DNA from: Nemertoderma westbladi
Lineage: Eukaryota > Animalia > Xenacoelomorpha
Reading direction: 5' to 3'
DNA length: 64,000 bases
Assembly: GCA_032718475.1 (NCBI GenBank)
Contig: JAUCBJ010008555.1
Location: forward strand, 62,001-126,000
The notes beneath the pieces were generated by a model. The model ran no database searches. It saw only the letters and a program-made list of their open reading frames with translations, and had not been told where the DNA came from. Below, piece by piece: positions 13,301 to 28,300 of this stretch; position 1 is the first letter of the stretch, and the number at the start of each line of letters is the position of its first letter. Made by a program: the position numbers and the translations under genes.

Positions 13301-16300
13301 ATAAAACCGGTCCATACCTTCAGATTATTGTCCTGTTTTATAAAACCGGTCCATATATTCAGGTTATTGTCCTGTTTTATAAAACCGGTCCATATCTTCA
13401 GGTTATTGTCCTGTTTTATAAAACCGGTCCATATCTTCAGGTTATTGTCCTGTTTTATAAAACCGGTCCATATCTTCAGGTTATTGTCCTGTTTTATAAA
13501 ACCGGTCCATATCTTCAGGTTATTGTCCTGTTTTATAAAACCGGTCCATATCTTCAGGTTATTGTCCTGTTTTATAAAACCGGTCCATATCTTCAGGTTA
13601 TTGTCCTGTTTTATAAAACCGGTCCATATCTTCAGGTTATTGTCCTGTTTTATAAAACCGGTCCATATATTCAGGTTATTGTCCTGTTTTATAAAACCGG
13701 TCCATATCTTCAGGTTATTGTCCTGTTTTATAAAACCGGTCCATATCTTCAGGTTATTGTCCTGTTTTATAAAACCGGTCCATATCTTCAGGTTATTGTC
13801 CTGTTTTATAAAACCGGTCCATATCTTCAGGTTATTGTCCTGTTTTATAAAACCGGTCCATACCTTCAGGTTATTGTCCTGTTTTATAAAACCGGTCCAT
13901 ATCTTCAGGTTACTGTCCTGTTTTATAAAACCGGTCCATATCTTCAGGTTATTGTCCTGTTTTATAAAACCGGTCCATACCTTCAGGTTATTGTCCTGTT
14001 TTATAAAACCGGTCCATATATTCCTGGTTATTGTCCTGTTTTATAAAACCGGTCCATATCTTCAGGTTATTGTCCTGTTTTATAAAACCGGTCCATATCT
14101 TCAGGTTATTGTCCTGTTTTATAAAACCGGTCCATATCTTCAGGTTATTGTCCTGTTTTATAAAACCGGTCCATATCTTCAGGTTATTGTCCTGTTTTAT
14201 AAAACCGGTCCATATCTTCAGGTTATTGTCCTGTTTTATAAAACCGGTCCATATCTTCAGGTTATTGTCCTGTTTTATAAAACCGGTCCATATCTTCAGG
14301 GAATTGTCCTGCTTTATAAAACTGGTCCATATCTTCAGGTTATTGTCCCTTTTTATAGAAACTGTTCAACGCTTTAGTATTTTCTTTACTGTGTTACAGA
14401 GCCAGGCCCCTGCCACAATCACGACTGCTCCAGCCCAATCGGTTCGGTTTGTGTTGAGGTTGACGGAGCTGCTGTCTGCGAATGTCCACCGGGTACAATA
14501 TATATAGAGGCTACGGATGAGTGCTTTATAGACGACCCATGCGCCGCTCTAAACGAACCACGTAAGTTATCAGTTCACGGTCACGGTAAATGCGACACGT
14601 CATTGGCTATTATATAAGTTCTTACGTGTGTTTGATAGGTGATTGGTTTTCTTACAAATGGTTGTCATATACAGTACTGTGGGATTGATTTGTATTATGA
14701 CATTTACCAAACTAAAATACGTAAAAGTAACAGTAAACTACTTATTTACACTGTAATAAATTGTTTAATATACTTTCACTTTCAGCTGGACAATGCGGAG
14801 GTGTAGCCAATGCGGAATGCGTTGCCCTAGGCGACGGTAGTGGTGGTACTACATGTGTATGTAAGGCAGGATTCAGCGGTGACCCAGAAGTCTCTTGTGA
14901 TCGTAAGTGAACTATTGTTTTACTTACCTGTTGAACTACTCGAAATGTCCAGTAATTTTAATTCGCAAATAATGGTCTATAAAGTTAGAGTATAGGTTTA
15001 TAGTATTTTCTACCGTATTCTAGATGAAATTTAGAATAAGTCATTAAAAGTGCGTTACCAATCTTGATATCGTATTTCCGATTGGACTACAAAATATATC
15101 TTTAGAACGTATTACTTTATATAGCCTCTGTCACCCACTGTGGTTAACCCAACTATCACCTGTCCTCCTCCCAACCAATAGTTCTAGAACGTGGTATTTT
15201 ATGTTGCAGCTGACCCCAGTTGCGGGGGCGACCCATCTACAACGTGTCCACCCAACGAGTCCTGCATTGGATTGGACGCCAACAACAATCCAATATGCGT
15301 ATGTTTCCCAGGGTTCACCCGCAATGCTGCCGGAATTTGTGAGGGTAAGAATGTTGAAACATATTAAATATACAGGATAATTAATAATCATTTAATTATT
15401 AATAAATATTCTAGAACCCATGTTCAAAGAATCAAATACTTCAAACCCCAAATCCCATGTTAAAACATAATATATTAACTATGGTTTAATAGGCCTAAAT
15501 AAAAATGACTAAAGATTTGTTAATTAAAATTATGAATTTGGTGCCTTTTAAATCACATAACTTGTTTTGTAATTAAATTTAAACACAAAAATAATCAAAA
15601 ATTTATCCCTTTTAGATGACGATGAATGTGCTGATTCGCCTAACGGTAACGCCGATTGCCATGACAACGCCCACTGTGTGAATACTCCAGGAGGATATTA
15701 CTGCGAATGTAATGAAGGATATGTTGGAGACGGCCACGAATGTGTTGGTAAGTAATTACTACGACTTACTATAGGAAATACAAATTCAAAAAACAAAAAA
15801 TACAACCTGTTCCTTTCCCTAAATTCGGTAATAATCAATGTCGATTGGCCTATATAAATATGTGATTTGCTTCAATAATTATTCCTCCCAGTCTCAACTA
15901 AGTCTATAATGTATGAGTTGAGTTACTGACATTAGCCGGCCGATTCAGTAATTATTTCCCTCCCGTTTCAGACGAGAACGAATGTAACCGACCAGTGAAC
16001 CCGTGTCCCGGAGACTCGCAATGTATCAACAAACCCGACGGCTACGTGTGTCTCTGTCCGGAGGGCTACCACCCCCGACCCAACGGCGGTTGCGATGACG
16101 ACAACGAGTGCGTGATGCAGACCCACAACTGCGACGCAAACTCGGAGGTCTGCGTGAATTACGAGGGAGGATTCAGCTGCGAGTGCGCCACGGGATACGT
16201 CCCGACAGCCAATGGATGCCAAGGTGAGATACTATAATACAATCCAACAATCCAAGGTAAGATACCGTTTCTACTCAAAAGATAGCCAATAGAATCGAAG

Positions 16301-19300
16301 GTAAGATAGGATTTTGTTGTTACCATAACGATGAGAGAAGTTCAGATACAGTTTGTCGATAAACAGTTAGTATTTAGGTGCGAAGAATTCGAATTCATAA
16401 TATATTCTGATTAAGATTGTCTTCCTTCAGGTACCAAAAGAGGAAGTTAAGATACGTATTGTCACTGATCTGTCAATTAGAGTGTTGGAGTTGCATCTTA
16501 TATTATTTTATATTTTATCTCTGTAATTTGCTCCCCAACAGACGTCAACGAATGTAACGCGGCTGACGTCTGCGGATTGATTGGAATTTGTACAAACAGC
16601 TTGGGATCCTATTACTGTGACTGTCCCCAAGGATACAGACGTGTTGGCAGCGCCTGTGAAGGTAAATTATTCTTTAAGATATTGTGTGAAGAGTGGGAAG
16701 TGTTAACTTAGGTTTTTTTTACGTGACGTCTAGCTAGTGATACTTAGCAAATGAACAAAATATATTACAGCATCATCTTTTATAATTTTTGACAGTAAAC
16801 GTTCCCGCGTGTGGCAAACCAAACGTGACGAACTGGGCAAACCTACACGCCATTGATTATTCACATATCTTTTACATGTGAACATTTGTATCATGCCACT
16901 GATTGGTCACATTATTATAAAGCGTTTATTATTTGTTGTAACTGCTCCTACCCAGATATCGACGAGTGCAGTGAACCCGATGGTAGCGCGTACGCCGACG
17001 ATTGCGAGTCCACCGCGATGTGCGTCAACGACCCGGGCAGCTTCCATTGCGTCTGTAACCCCGGTTACACGGGGTCCCCCTGCGCCGACGTCGACGAGTG
17101 TTCCGGATCCGCTGTCTGTGACGTCAACGCGATCTGCGAGAACCGCGACGGCTCCTACAGCTGCCAGTGTATGGAAGGTTTCGACGGTGATGGTTCGACT
17201 TGCGTCGATGTCAACGAATGTCAGATAATGTGAGTCCCATTTGTACTGGGGACGCAAATTGCCGGGCTACAATATAATTCCAAGTAGTATTTTCAGGTTT
17301 ACCTTCTATCTGAGCTGCTATAAGAATGGTTAGAGCTTCAAACTTCCAAACTGGTGGTCACCTGTTCGATCCCACATCAATGCCAACTTGACTAAACTGT
17401 CTCCAAAACAAATTAAAGACTGTCTGTGCAATAGAACTGAATTAAATAGAAAGGCTAGGGTCAGGGGAGAGTGGCTGAACCGATTAGCTCTACTGTAGAG
17501 GCCTGATAGGCCGAAACGTACGTATAGCTCTGGTTCAATCCCCCCCCCCCCCCCCCTCCTTCTTCCTTTAATTTTTCTCATTTTTTTCCATTTATGAACA
17601 ACTTATTACAATATCATTTAACAGCTCAACTACAATTCATTTATTTAATCAAAGTTGCAATAGGAGCGTTATTGTTTGAGCCTATTATTTAATTTTGTAT
17701 TGCAGCGCCGACTTATGCGGAATGTTTAGCAACTCTCATTGCGAGAACACAATAGGAAGTTACGAGTGCATCTGCAATGCCGGTTTCAACCAAGATAAGA
17801 ACTGCGACGATATAAACGAATGCGAGAACGGCCAACACGACTGTCACGTAGACGCCTATTGCGTGAATACAAACGGAGGATACAACTGTGTCTGTAGGGA
17901 TGGGTACGAAGGCGACGGGCGTATACAGTGCAACAGTTAGTCACATAAGTATAGCTGTGCGTATATAGTGCAACAGTTAGTCACCTAAGTATATAGACGG
18001 GCGTATACAGTGCAGCAGTTAGTCACATAAGTATAGACGGACGTATATAGTGCAACAGTTAGTCACATAAGTATAGCTGTGCGTATATAGTGCAACAGTT
18101 AGTCACCTAAGTATATAGACGGGCGTATACAGTGCAGCAGTTAGTCACATAAGTATATATACGGGCGTATATAGTGCAACAGTTAGTCACACAAGTATAG
18201 ACGAGCGTATACAGTGCAACTGTTAGTAATATAAGTATAGGCGGACGTGTACAGTGCAACAGTTAGTCACACAAGTATAGACGAGCGTATACAGTGCAAC
18301 TGTTAGTAACACAAGTATAGACGGACGTATATAGTGCAACAGTTAGTCACACAAGTATAGACGGACGTATATAGTGCAACAGTTAGTCACTTAAGTATAG
18401 ACATGCGTATATATTGCAACAGAGTATAGACGGGCGTATATAATGCAACAGTTAGTCACTTAAGTATAGACGGGCGTATATAGTGCAACATTTAGTCACA
18501 CAAGTATAGACGGACGTATATAGTGCAACAGTTAGTCACACAAGTATAGACGGACGTATATAGTGCAACAGTTAGTCACTTAAGTATAGACGGGCGTATA
18601 TAGTGCAACAGTTAGTCACACAAGTATAGACGGTCGTATATAGTGCAACAGTTAGTCACTTAAGTATAGACATGCGTATATAGTGCAACAGAGTATAGAC
18701 GGGCGTATATAATGCAACAGTTAGTCACACAAGTATAGACGGACGTATATAGTGCAACAGTTAGTCACACAAGTATAGACGGACGTATATAGTGCAACAG
18801 TTAGTCACTTAAGTATAGACATGCGTATATAGTGCAACAGTTATAGTCACACAAGTATAGACTGACGTATATAGTGCAACAGTTAGTCACATAAGTATAG
18901 ACGGACGTATACAGTGCAACTGTTGGTAACATAAGTATAGACGGACGTATATAGTGCAACTGTTGGTAACATAAGTAGGCGGACGTGTACAGTGCAACAG
19001 TTAGTCACATAAGTATAGACGGGCGTGTACAATACAACAGTTAGTTACTTAAGTATAGACGGACGTATATAGTGCAATAGTTAGTCACACAAGTATAGAC
19101 GGGCGTATATAGTGCAACAACTCCCTTTTCCTTTCTTTTTACTGTAGGCCTACCGGTATTGGTATACAATTAATTACCCCCAGTTAAGTTTAAATTACTC
19201 CAAGTACCGTTTTTCTACATCGTATATACCACCAGTCAGGCAGTACCGTTTTCTATATCGTACATACACACTTACCGGTATTAATATATAAATGTTATTT

Positions 19301-22300
19301 TTGTCGAATAATGCCTTTTATACCGGTACTTTGTACCAGTATTCCGGCACAAAATATTTGACCTGCCACACGTAAAAATACACTGTTGACTCTCCCGTGG
19401 GCAGTCATGTGGGGTCTGATACCTGCCTCACTGTTGCTTAAGCGTTGGCGTACTGTGCTACAGCCAGTTTCTTGTTGTATAGTGAACTAGAATTATATTG
19501 GGTGATGGTTGTTTTATATTTGTTGTCCGTTTATGTAAGTTGTATTTTGGTTTGTTTATGTAGAAGTACAGTTTTCGTACATAGCCCGACTCGACTGACA
19601 TTGCGCGTTGTTTTATTACTCACAGCCCCATTCCACTGGCCACTTTTTCTTGTTTGTTCAAACTTTAAACTTACTAATAATGCATTATATTGTTTGCAAG
19701 CCAGTAACAACCAAATGTTTCTACATTATCCGACAAAATGTGGCTGTCTATCATTGGGACACTCAAGGGAGGTTTCGGTTGCAAAATTGAGTTTCTTTAT
19801 TAACGCGCTCGCATTCAATCGTTTTGTATTTACAAATTACGGGCAGTTATGATAATGAAATATGGACAATAAAAGCACTAATAAATAACATAATATATTT
19901 CGATAACGTAGTAAAAATATGGATAAAATAAGGGGAGGGGAAATGAATGAATCATTTACTTCGAGTATATGTGGTTACAAATATCAGCAGAAATAAAGTG
20001 TTATATCAAAGTAAATGAAATGGGACGAATGAAAAGGCGTGCAAGTGAGTGGACGGGAGCGGGCGAGCGAGCGAGCGAGCGAGCGAGCGAGCGAGCGGTA
20101 AAAAACAATTTGTGACAACCGGTGGAGAAAATAGGAAGACTGACGAAATTGCTCAGAATGAAGTATTAGTATATAATGGTAAATTATTACATCGCGAGGT
20201 GATAACAGGAGGTCAAGATGCTGAATGGAGGGGGTCAGGCCTAAAACATGAGGTTTGCATTGATGTAACACATGACAGGCATACTAGGGCTAACAAATTA
20301 GTAGATTCGACCAATGAATGTGCAGAGATTCAATAATTCTGTTTGAGGTTGATGGGCGTTGTGAAGGGTTATATTATTAATTATATAATATAATGTCAGT
20401 ATATATCGAGAGGGGGGTGGTTATATGAGTGAACATGTGGCATCCCGCTTTCACCTGGGGCCACTTACAGTACTTGATAATGTTAGTGGGACTGAGGGGG
20501 GGTTTATTATATGAATGAAATGTGGAATCCCGCTGTAACCCGAGTCCACGTACTGTACAAAATGATCATGTTAGTAAGACAAGACTTGGGGGGTTTATTA
20601 TATGAATGAAATGTGGAATCCCGCTGTAACCCGAGTCCACGTACTGTACGAAATGATCATGTTAGTAAGATGGATGGGTGTGTCGTACGTATTTTGATGA
20701 TTTAAATGGTCAGATTATATTGAGGGTGCCGCACCAAGTCAAGGAATTTTGTTAGTTTCTGCTATAGATAGACTGGTCAATCTACGGGAATGAAAGTCTA
20801 GTTTTTCGGTATGTGTGTGTACAAGTATGCAAACATGCGAACCTTTTGATTAACATACCGGCGACAACAATGACATAATTTGGGGACGAAGTGAGTATTA
20901 CAATTTTGGGACAAAACGATAAATACATAACTGAGGCGAAAATAAGAGAGGACAGGGCGTCAAGTACTAACACAATCAACTCACGTGTAGAGTTAGTAAG
21001 AAAGTGAAAGTAATTGAGAGGGTGAGGTCAAGTACTAGCACTAACAACTCGCGATCGGAGTTAGTAAGAAAGTGAAAGTAATTGAGAGGGTGAGGTCGAG
21101 TACTACCACAATTAACTCACGTGTGGAGTTAGTAAGAAAGTGAAAGTAATTGAGAGGGTGAGGTCGAGTACTACCACAATCAACTCACGTGTGGAGTTAG
21201 TAAGAAAGTGAAAGTAATTGAGAGGGTGAGGTCGAGTACTACCACAATCAACTCACGTGTGGAGTTAGTAAGAAAGTGAAAGTAATTGAGAGGGTGAGGT
21301 CAAGTACTAGCACTAACAACTCGCGATCGGAGTTAGTAAGAAAGTGAAGTAATTAACACAGAGTGAGAGAGAGAGTGAGAGAGAGACAGGGAGAGAGAGA
21401 GAGAAATCGATTAAAGGCGGGTAAAGCGAGTGAGGTAAAGTAAATCGAGTGATATAAAGTGAATGTTAAAGGAAATGTTAGAGCGTTGGTTGACACACCG
21501 CCCCTCTTGGCAGGGAGTGCCAAAATGAGACATAGGAAAACCAACGCGATATAGATAGTGATAGGGTGTAAGGAAATACTCAACCGCCACCATACTAAAG
21601 GGTTAATATCAACAACGAGTTAGTACGTGTGAGATAATGAGAGAGTTCCATGTTCGAGGCGACGCGACATCGAATTTGAGTTCGAAACAATGTTACATCG
21701 AGTTTGTGTTCAATCGGAGTTCTTCAGTCCGTTTCCGTCGTCCTCAGGTGTACGTCCCCAATATGAGAGCATCTCATCGGGATCGGATCCCTCCAACAGA
21801 CAAAGTTTACTAACGGGACGGAGGAGGTCAGACTTGTCGTAGGCAACGCGAACAGTGCGAACTCGTCCATCTTTACCGGGCCGAACCTCAGAAACTCGTC
21901 CGATTCTCCACGAGTTTCTAGGGAGTTTCTCATCTGTAATGATCACGACATCGTCCACCTTGAGGTTCCTCTGGGGCGCGGTCCACTTGGAACGTTTGTG
22001 GAGCGTAGGGATATATTCCCGAATCCATATGTCCCAGAAACGATCAGACAGGCCCTGTGCTTGTCGCCAGGATTTGCGGCCGAGCTCGTCTTTACGGTCA
22101 AACTTCCCTGGTGGGGATAGTTGGACAGGGTTCCTGAGGAGGAAGTGCCGAGGAGTAATCGGTTGGTCGGCGGTCGGATCGTCGGTAACCGGGGTCAGTG
22201 GACGCGAGTTGAGGATTCCTTCTACCTCGGCCAGCACTGTACGAAAAGTGTCCTCGTTGATACGGGTTGAGTCCTTGATGGTGGCGTATAGAGAGTCCTT

Positions 22301-25300
22301 GACGCTACGAATGAGGCGTTCCCATACTCCAGAGGTATGGGGGGCAAGCGGTGTCTGAAAATGCCAGGTGCAGTCCAATGTTCTCAAGTGTGAAGTCACT
22401 TTGTCTTGGTCAACTCGAGCGAGGGATTCTTTGAGCTCGGATTCGGCGCCGACAAAGTTCGTTCCGTTGTCGCAGTAGAGGTGCTGAGGGGTTCCCCTTG
22501 TGGCGATGAAACGTCGTAATGCGTTGATAAAACGGTCAGTTGAGAGGTCCTCTACCATATCCAGTGCAATCGCCCTAGAATTAAAACAAATGAATATAAT
22601 GCCGTATCGTGTAATCAAGGACCTCATTCTCTTAAAGAGAAAAGGGCCAAATAGGTCCATACCTGTAAAAGCGAAAACAGGTTTATATGGAGTGAGTCGT
22701 GACTCAGGTAAATCGGCCATTATCTGGGTCATCGTGCGAGAATGCAATCTCTTGCAAGCAATGCAAGCACTAAGCATGGTTCGTATCAACGATCTTGCAT
22801 TAATGATCCAATAACGCTCTCTAAGGAATGCCAGACTGTGACTTTGTCCGGCATGGCGAAGTCTGATGTGTACATCATGTATCAAGAGCCTGGCATAGTG
22901 ACAATTCTTCGGTATGAGGATAGGAAAGCGCGCGTCGTAGGACGTGGGTGCTCGCGCAACGCGGCTCCCTAGTCTCAGATATCCGTCGTCTTCGTCAAAA
23001 AAGGGAGATAGTTTCCGGATTGTACTCACCTTGGGGATTGGGGATCCAGACTTTAGAGCTGTATACTCACCTGGGAAGCCAACTCGTTGAACGTACTGTT
23101 CAATGCGCTGTTTGGCAGTGACGAGCTCCGATGAGGTCAACTTACGAGGACTACCGGGTTGTAGAGGACCACGTTTATGTCTTAGGTATTCAAAGAAACG
23201 AATGAACCAAGACACACCGCGTATGAGTCTGTATGACTTATAATAGTGCTGTATAAGTTTGTCTGTAGGGGGCGAAGGGGCCATGGTGTTCATAGCATAG
23301 ACTCGGGTGTCAGACTTAAGCTCGGGATCGTCGGAGGGTAATGTATAAGGCGCGTTGTGCGAGACCGGCCAGTATTCTGGAGTAAGAGACAGAAAGTCTG
23401 GGCCCCGAATCCATTGTTCCGTTTGTAGGAATCTCTGAGGCAATAACCCACGACTCGCATAGTCAGCGGGGTTAAGATTCCCCGGGCAATGATGCCACTG
23501 ATCCACAGTGGTATGACCATGAATAAGGCTGACTCGGTTGGCTACGTAAGGCTTAAAGCGACGGGATTCATTTCTCAAGTAACCTAAAGTAACAGTTGAG
23601 TCAGTCCAGAATGTCATAGAGCGGATGGGCATGTCAAGTTCTTGCCGAACTTGTACAGTCAAGTCGACGGAAAGATGTGCTGCTTGTAATTCAAGCCTGG
23701 GGATAGAGATATATCTGAGGGGGGCACTACGGGCCTTGGCAATCAAGAAGCCAGTGGTAATGGCGCCATCGGGTGTGGTTGTACGAAGGTAACTCACCAT
23801 TCCATACCCTTTGTCGCTGGCGTCCGAAAAGGAATGAATGTCGTAAATGTTGTCAGGTAAAGGAATAGGGGTGTAAGTCCGGGGTATGCAGAAGTCGACC
23901 AGTAGCGTGAGTTGTAATTTCCACTCGTTCAATCGGGTCTCTAGTGGTAGTGGAATAGGGTCATCCCAGCCAAGTTTATGGCGCCATATATCCTGCAGCA
24001 GGATACGCAGTAAGAGGGTAACAGGGCCCAAGAAACTCAGAGGGTCGAATAGAGAACTGACTAGAGATAGGACACCTCGCTTGGTGGACGGTGTGTCCTT
24101 CAGCCGTATGTCAATCGATAGCGTGTCATTCACAGTGTCCCAAACAAGTCCAAGGGCTGTGGTGATAGCTGTCTGTATGTCAGAGTCACGAGTGGTATGA
24201 GTCGGGATGGCAAGGTAGGTTGGGTCTAATGACTTGAGAAATTCGGAATCGTTGGAATGAAACTTGGTGAGGTGAAATCCCCCAAGCGATAAACATTCGA
24301 TCAAACTTTTAGCGAGATCTACAGCTTCTAATGGGGTTTGAGCACCAGACATACCATCATCGTAATAAAACTCGTTTTGAATTGTTTCATTGACTCTTGG
24401 AGGGTATCGGTGTGCGTTGTCGGAACCTGTCCTTCGCAGAGCTGTGAGAGCGATAGTTGGGGAGTCCCCTGCTCCAAAGATATGGACTTCCATCCAATAT
24501 TCTGTAGGACTGCGATCCATGTCGCCATTCTCCCACCACAGGAATCGTAAGGAGTCCCTATCTTCCGGGTTGACTTCGACCTGGTGGAACATAGATTTTA
24601 TATCGCACGAGAATGCTACAGCATGGCGACGGAATTTGCAAAGTATTCCAGACAGTAGGTTGGATTGGTCGGGTCCATTGATTAGGTTGGCATTCAGAGA
24701 AGTGCCAAAGTAGGGTGCAGCTGCGTTGAACACAACTCTAATCTTGTTGGGTTTCTTGGGATATAGAACGTAATGGTGCGGCAGGTACCAAGAACGAGGG
24801 CCATGCGAGTCAATCTCAGATGGGGTGAGTTTCCTTGCGTATCCCTGTGATATATAGTCTTCAACCTGAGTGGTATAGAGAGTTAGAACTTCCGGTTTCT
24901 TCCTGAGACGTTTCCCCAACCAAACTAAACAACGTTGTGCGTATAATTTATTACATGGGAGCGTTACATCGTCTCGTTTCCACAGGAGACCTAGTGAGTA
25001 ATGTCCGTTGGGTTTAAGGCGCATGGCCTGCAGTATGGATTGGGATCGAAGGTTTAAGGGGGACATTTCCTTTCCTAAGGAAGACGAATGTACTTCCATC
25101 TCCCAGAATCGTCTAAGGTTCTGTTCTAGGTCGTTTAAATATGAAATGTTAGGATGTTGAGATTGTTTGGATGATGACTTGGGACTGAATGGAACCAACG
25201 TAGTCATTGTCGGGTGTGGGTTCTGGGTCACTTCAGAGTTTGAATCGGAACCAGGGTCAAAAGTAGCTGCAGTTCGTTCAGGGGGAGAATGTCGGTCATT

Positions 25301-28300
25301 GAGTGTATCCAAGTCGTTAACGTCAGATAGGGTACAATGTATTTGTGAGGTGGGATAAATGTCAAGGTCATCGTCTGGGGCAAGATTAGGGCCACAGACT
25401 GACCATCCAAACGGAGTTTCAACAGCGTACGGATGAGTCTGGGGGTTCGGGCCCCAGCGAGATTGAAGTTGCATCAAGGCGACTGGGGCATCCTGTCCCA
25501 ACAAGACTGTTACTTGAGGGATGTCTAAAGGGGGATGACTCAAGTCTAAGTCAGCTAAGTGGGGCCATTCTCTGATATTCCAGCGCCTTGGGGTTACAAA
25601 GTTATCTCTAAACCCTTTCATGACATCGAAAGTGACATTCACTAGTGTAGGGGTCCCATTACTGCTGACAGGAGAGACATTACACTTGATAGCGCCGACT
25701 TCTATGAGTCTCTCTTTGTCTAGACAGGTACTAATTGGGATGGTCCTATACTGAGTGCAATGGAGACCTAATGGGGGCAAGTTTCGGTCATCGAGTATTG
25801 ATTGGTCAGAGCCTGGGTCAATCAACGCGTATGTTGTAAGTGACATTGTGGTATGATCTGAAGTGAGACGAACAGGGACTGTCTGTAGAACAGTATTTCT
25901 CTTTTGAAATCTGTGAAGACAGGTATTTCGTGAAGACATAGGGGGATGACTTGTCACGTGTTTGTTAGGGGCTGACGCAGTGGAGCGAGGCATGGGTGTG
26001 GGTGTGGTAGCGGATGAGTGAGGAATTCTAGTAAATGGCGCATTGGGGGGATGCAATAGTGAATGATGTTTATTCGACTTGCACGTCTTGCATGTATATT
26101 TAGACAAGCAGTCAGCGGTCAAATGGCCTCGTCCAAGGCAGTTGCGGCACATGTCATGGGAAGGATAATTTGCAACGAAGTTATCTTTATCATGATATGT
26201 GAGGTTTAGGAAGGAATCACAGCCATAGATTTTATGACCTCCATCGCAGTACATGCAGCGAAGTCTATTCTGGCTGGTGGCACTGGTGGTTTGTGCACCA
26301 TCTATGGGTAACTGAGGAGCATTGGGAGGAAGGCTAGGTCTAAGAGGGGTTGTAGACGTAGTCCTAACTTGTTTTGGTACTGCTGAGGTGAGTGCCGGAA
26401 AGCTAGCTGGGGGTCGGGTCTTTGGTTTACCAGTGCCATAGTAATTCAATACGCTGACTTCCTGGTCTAGGAAGTTGACAAGATCAGAGACCTGAGGTTC
26501 CACTCGTTTGTTGGTATGAAGTTTGGTTGCGTGGCGGGTCCAGCGATTAACCAGTTCGATAGGCAGCCTGGAAGCTAAGAGATCCATATTGCTGGGGTCA
26601 TTCAACCGGGTCGAACTACCAATGGATTCCAGGGTGGCGTGGCTAATCGATATATCGTCGATAAACTTTAATAAGTCGGCTGCCGTGAGGTTCAGTCTAG
26701 GGCCCTGGGTCAGCTGGTTCAAGATAGACCTTGAGACTTCCCTGGGGTGTCCGTACCTCTTGTCGAGTTGGGCCCAAGCCAGCGTATACCCATTGTCTGA
26801 GCTGCGGTATAACTCGGCAACGCGGCGGGGTTCACCAGCTGTGAACTGTATGAGATAGATATGTTTCTCATTGTCAGGGATAGGTTTAGAGTCTATAAGG
26901 TCGTAGAATGTCTGCTTAAACTGGACATAGTCTAGTAACTTGCCGTCGAATTTGGTTGGTTGCAATGTGGGTAACGTCAACTTTAGGAGGGCAGATTGTT
27001 CTGAGTTGAGGCTACCAGCAAGGGGTCTAGGAATAGTTGAGTCAGATTTGTAATCGAGTGAATGTTGAGGAACAGTGGGGACGGGAGTTTGGGATGAGAG
27101 TGTGTGATGGTTACTGATGGTGTTTGGGTTGGGTAATGTTTGTGCAGATGATTGATGGTGATTCGTGTGATTATTTAAAGGTCGGGCTGACAGAGTAGAA
27201 GGGCAAATATTACCAAAGTTAACCAATGGATCTGCCGAGTGGTTGGTAGGTACAGATGGTAGATGTTGGAATGTTGCCAATGACTCTACAGTCGGGGGGT
27301 TAAAGGGTGCGACATCAGGGTTTAAAGTTGATGGCAAGGATGCGGGTACACAACTCACGGTATGCGGGAGGACCACAGATTGCGTGGTTTTGTGAGCAGT
27401 GACAGGGGGGTGATTAGTCGAGCAAACTATTGGGATAGCGGTGGTGATGTTGATGCTGGGACGTGTCGTCACAGTCATAGGTTGTGAGGGTAGCGAGGGG
27501 GGAAATGACTGGGTAGTGCAGGGGTAAGGGGATGGTAGAGTTACAGTAGGCGCGGTTGTTGGGATATTGTCGGTGGATAAGGTAGTAATTGGTACCGGTA
27601 TAGTAGGAGTGGGACCACTACATACAGTAACAACGCTGTTTCGGTTTTGTTCATTAATTTCGTTTGCGTAAAATTCCGCCTCCAGTTCTAGCTCTCTGCA
27701 TTTTGCATCGCGTTGAATCTGCTTACTCCTCTTAGATAATTCGTCTAAATGTTGGTACGTTTGCATTTGTGCCTTATATTTCATAAGTTTGAGTCGAGTA
27801 GCGCGAGCTAATCCACTCAGTTTAGAACTGGAGACGGCTGAGATCGTGGGGTGAGAGTTTATTTGACTTACCGAATCTCCAGGGTTCACGTCTGCTATTC
27901 TCGACTTTACCTGATTACCAATATTACCGTTTTGAGTTTCCACAGTTTTCGTCTGCGCGTTGTCCTGTGTGACAGAGCTCACAACACTCAAGGGGTTGGA
28001 GGGAATCCCCACTAAGTTGACCGAAGTCGAGACTGGAACCTGAGGGGAAACTAAGGGACTCGCATCAGTGTTGTTCGAATTATTCACACTGACGCCTAGA
28101 TTTAAATGGTCGTTAACTACCAGTACTGACAGTGCTGCAGGTACCGGTAATGGGTTATTTTTATTATACTCAACCGGTAGGTCTATAGGCATGATAGGCC
28201 TAATTGTATTTTGAAACCCAGATTCGTTATGGATTACGAAATCTCTAGAGGCGTTTAAAAAATCAGTTAATAATTCCTGGTCACATGTTTCCCTATTGGG

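Noticed and set aside
9285-14360. CRISPR-like regular repeats
   Set aside because: Head-to-tail units with no unique spacers and no cas genes, in a spliceosomal-intron context.
11188-14377. 1051-aa and 217-aa repetitive ORFs
   Set aside because: Translations of the 39-bp intronic minisatellite.
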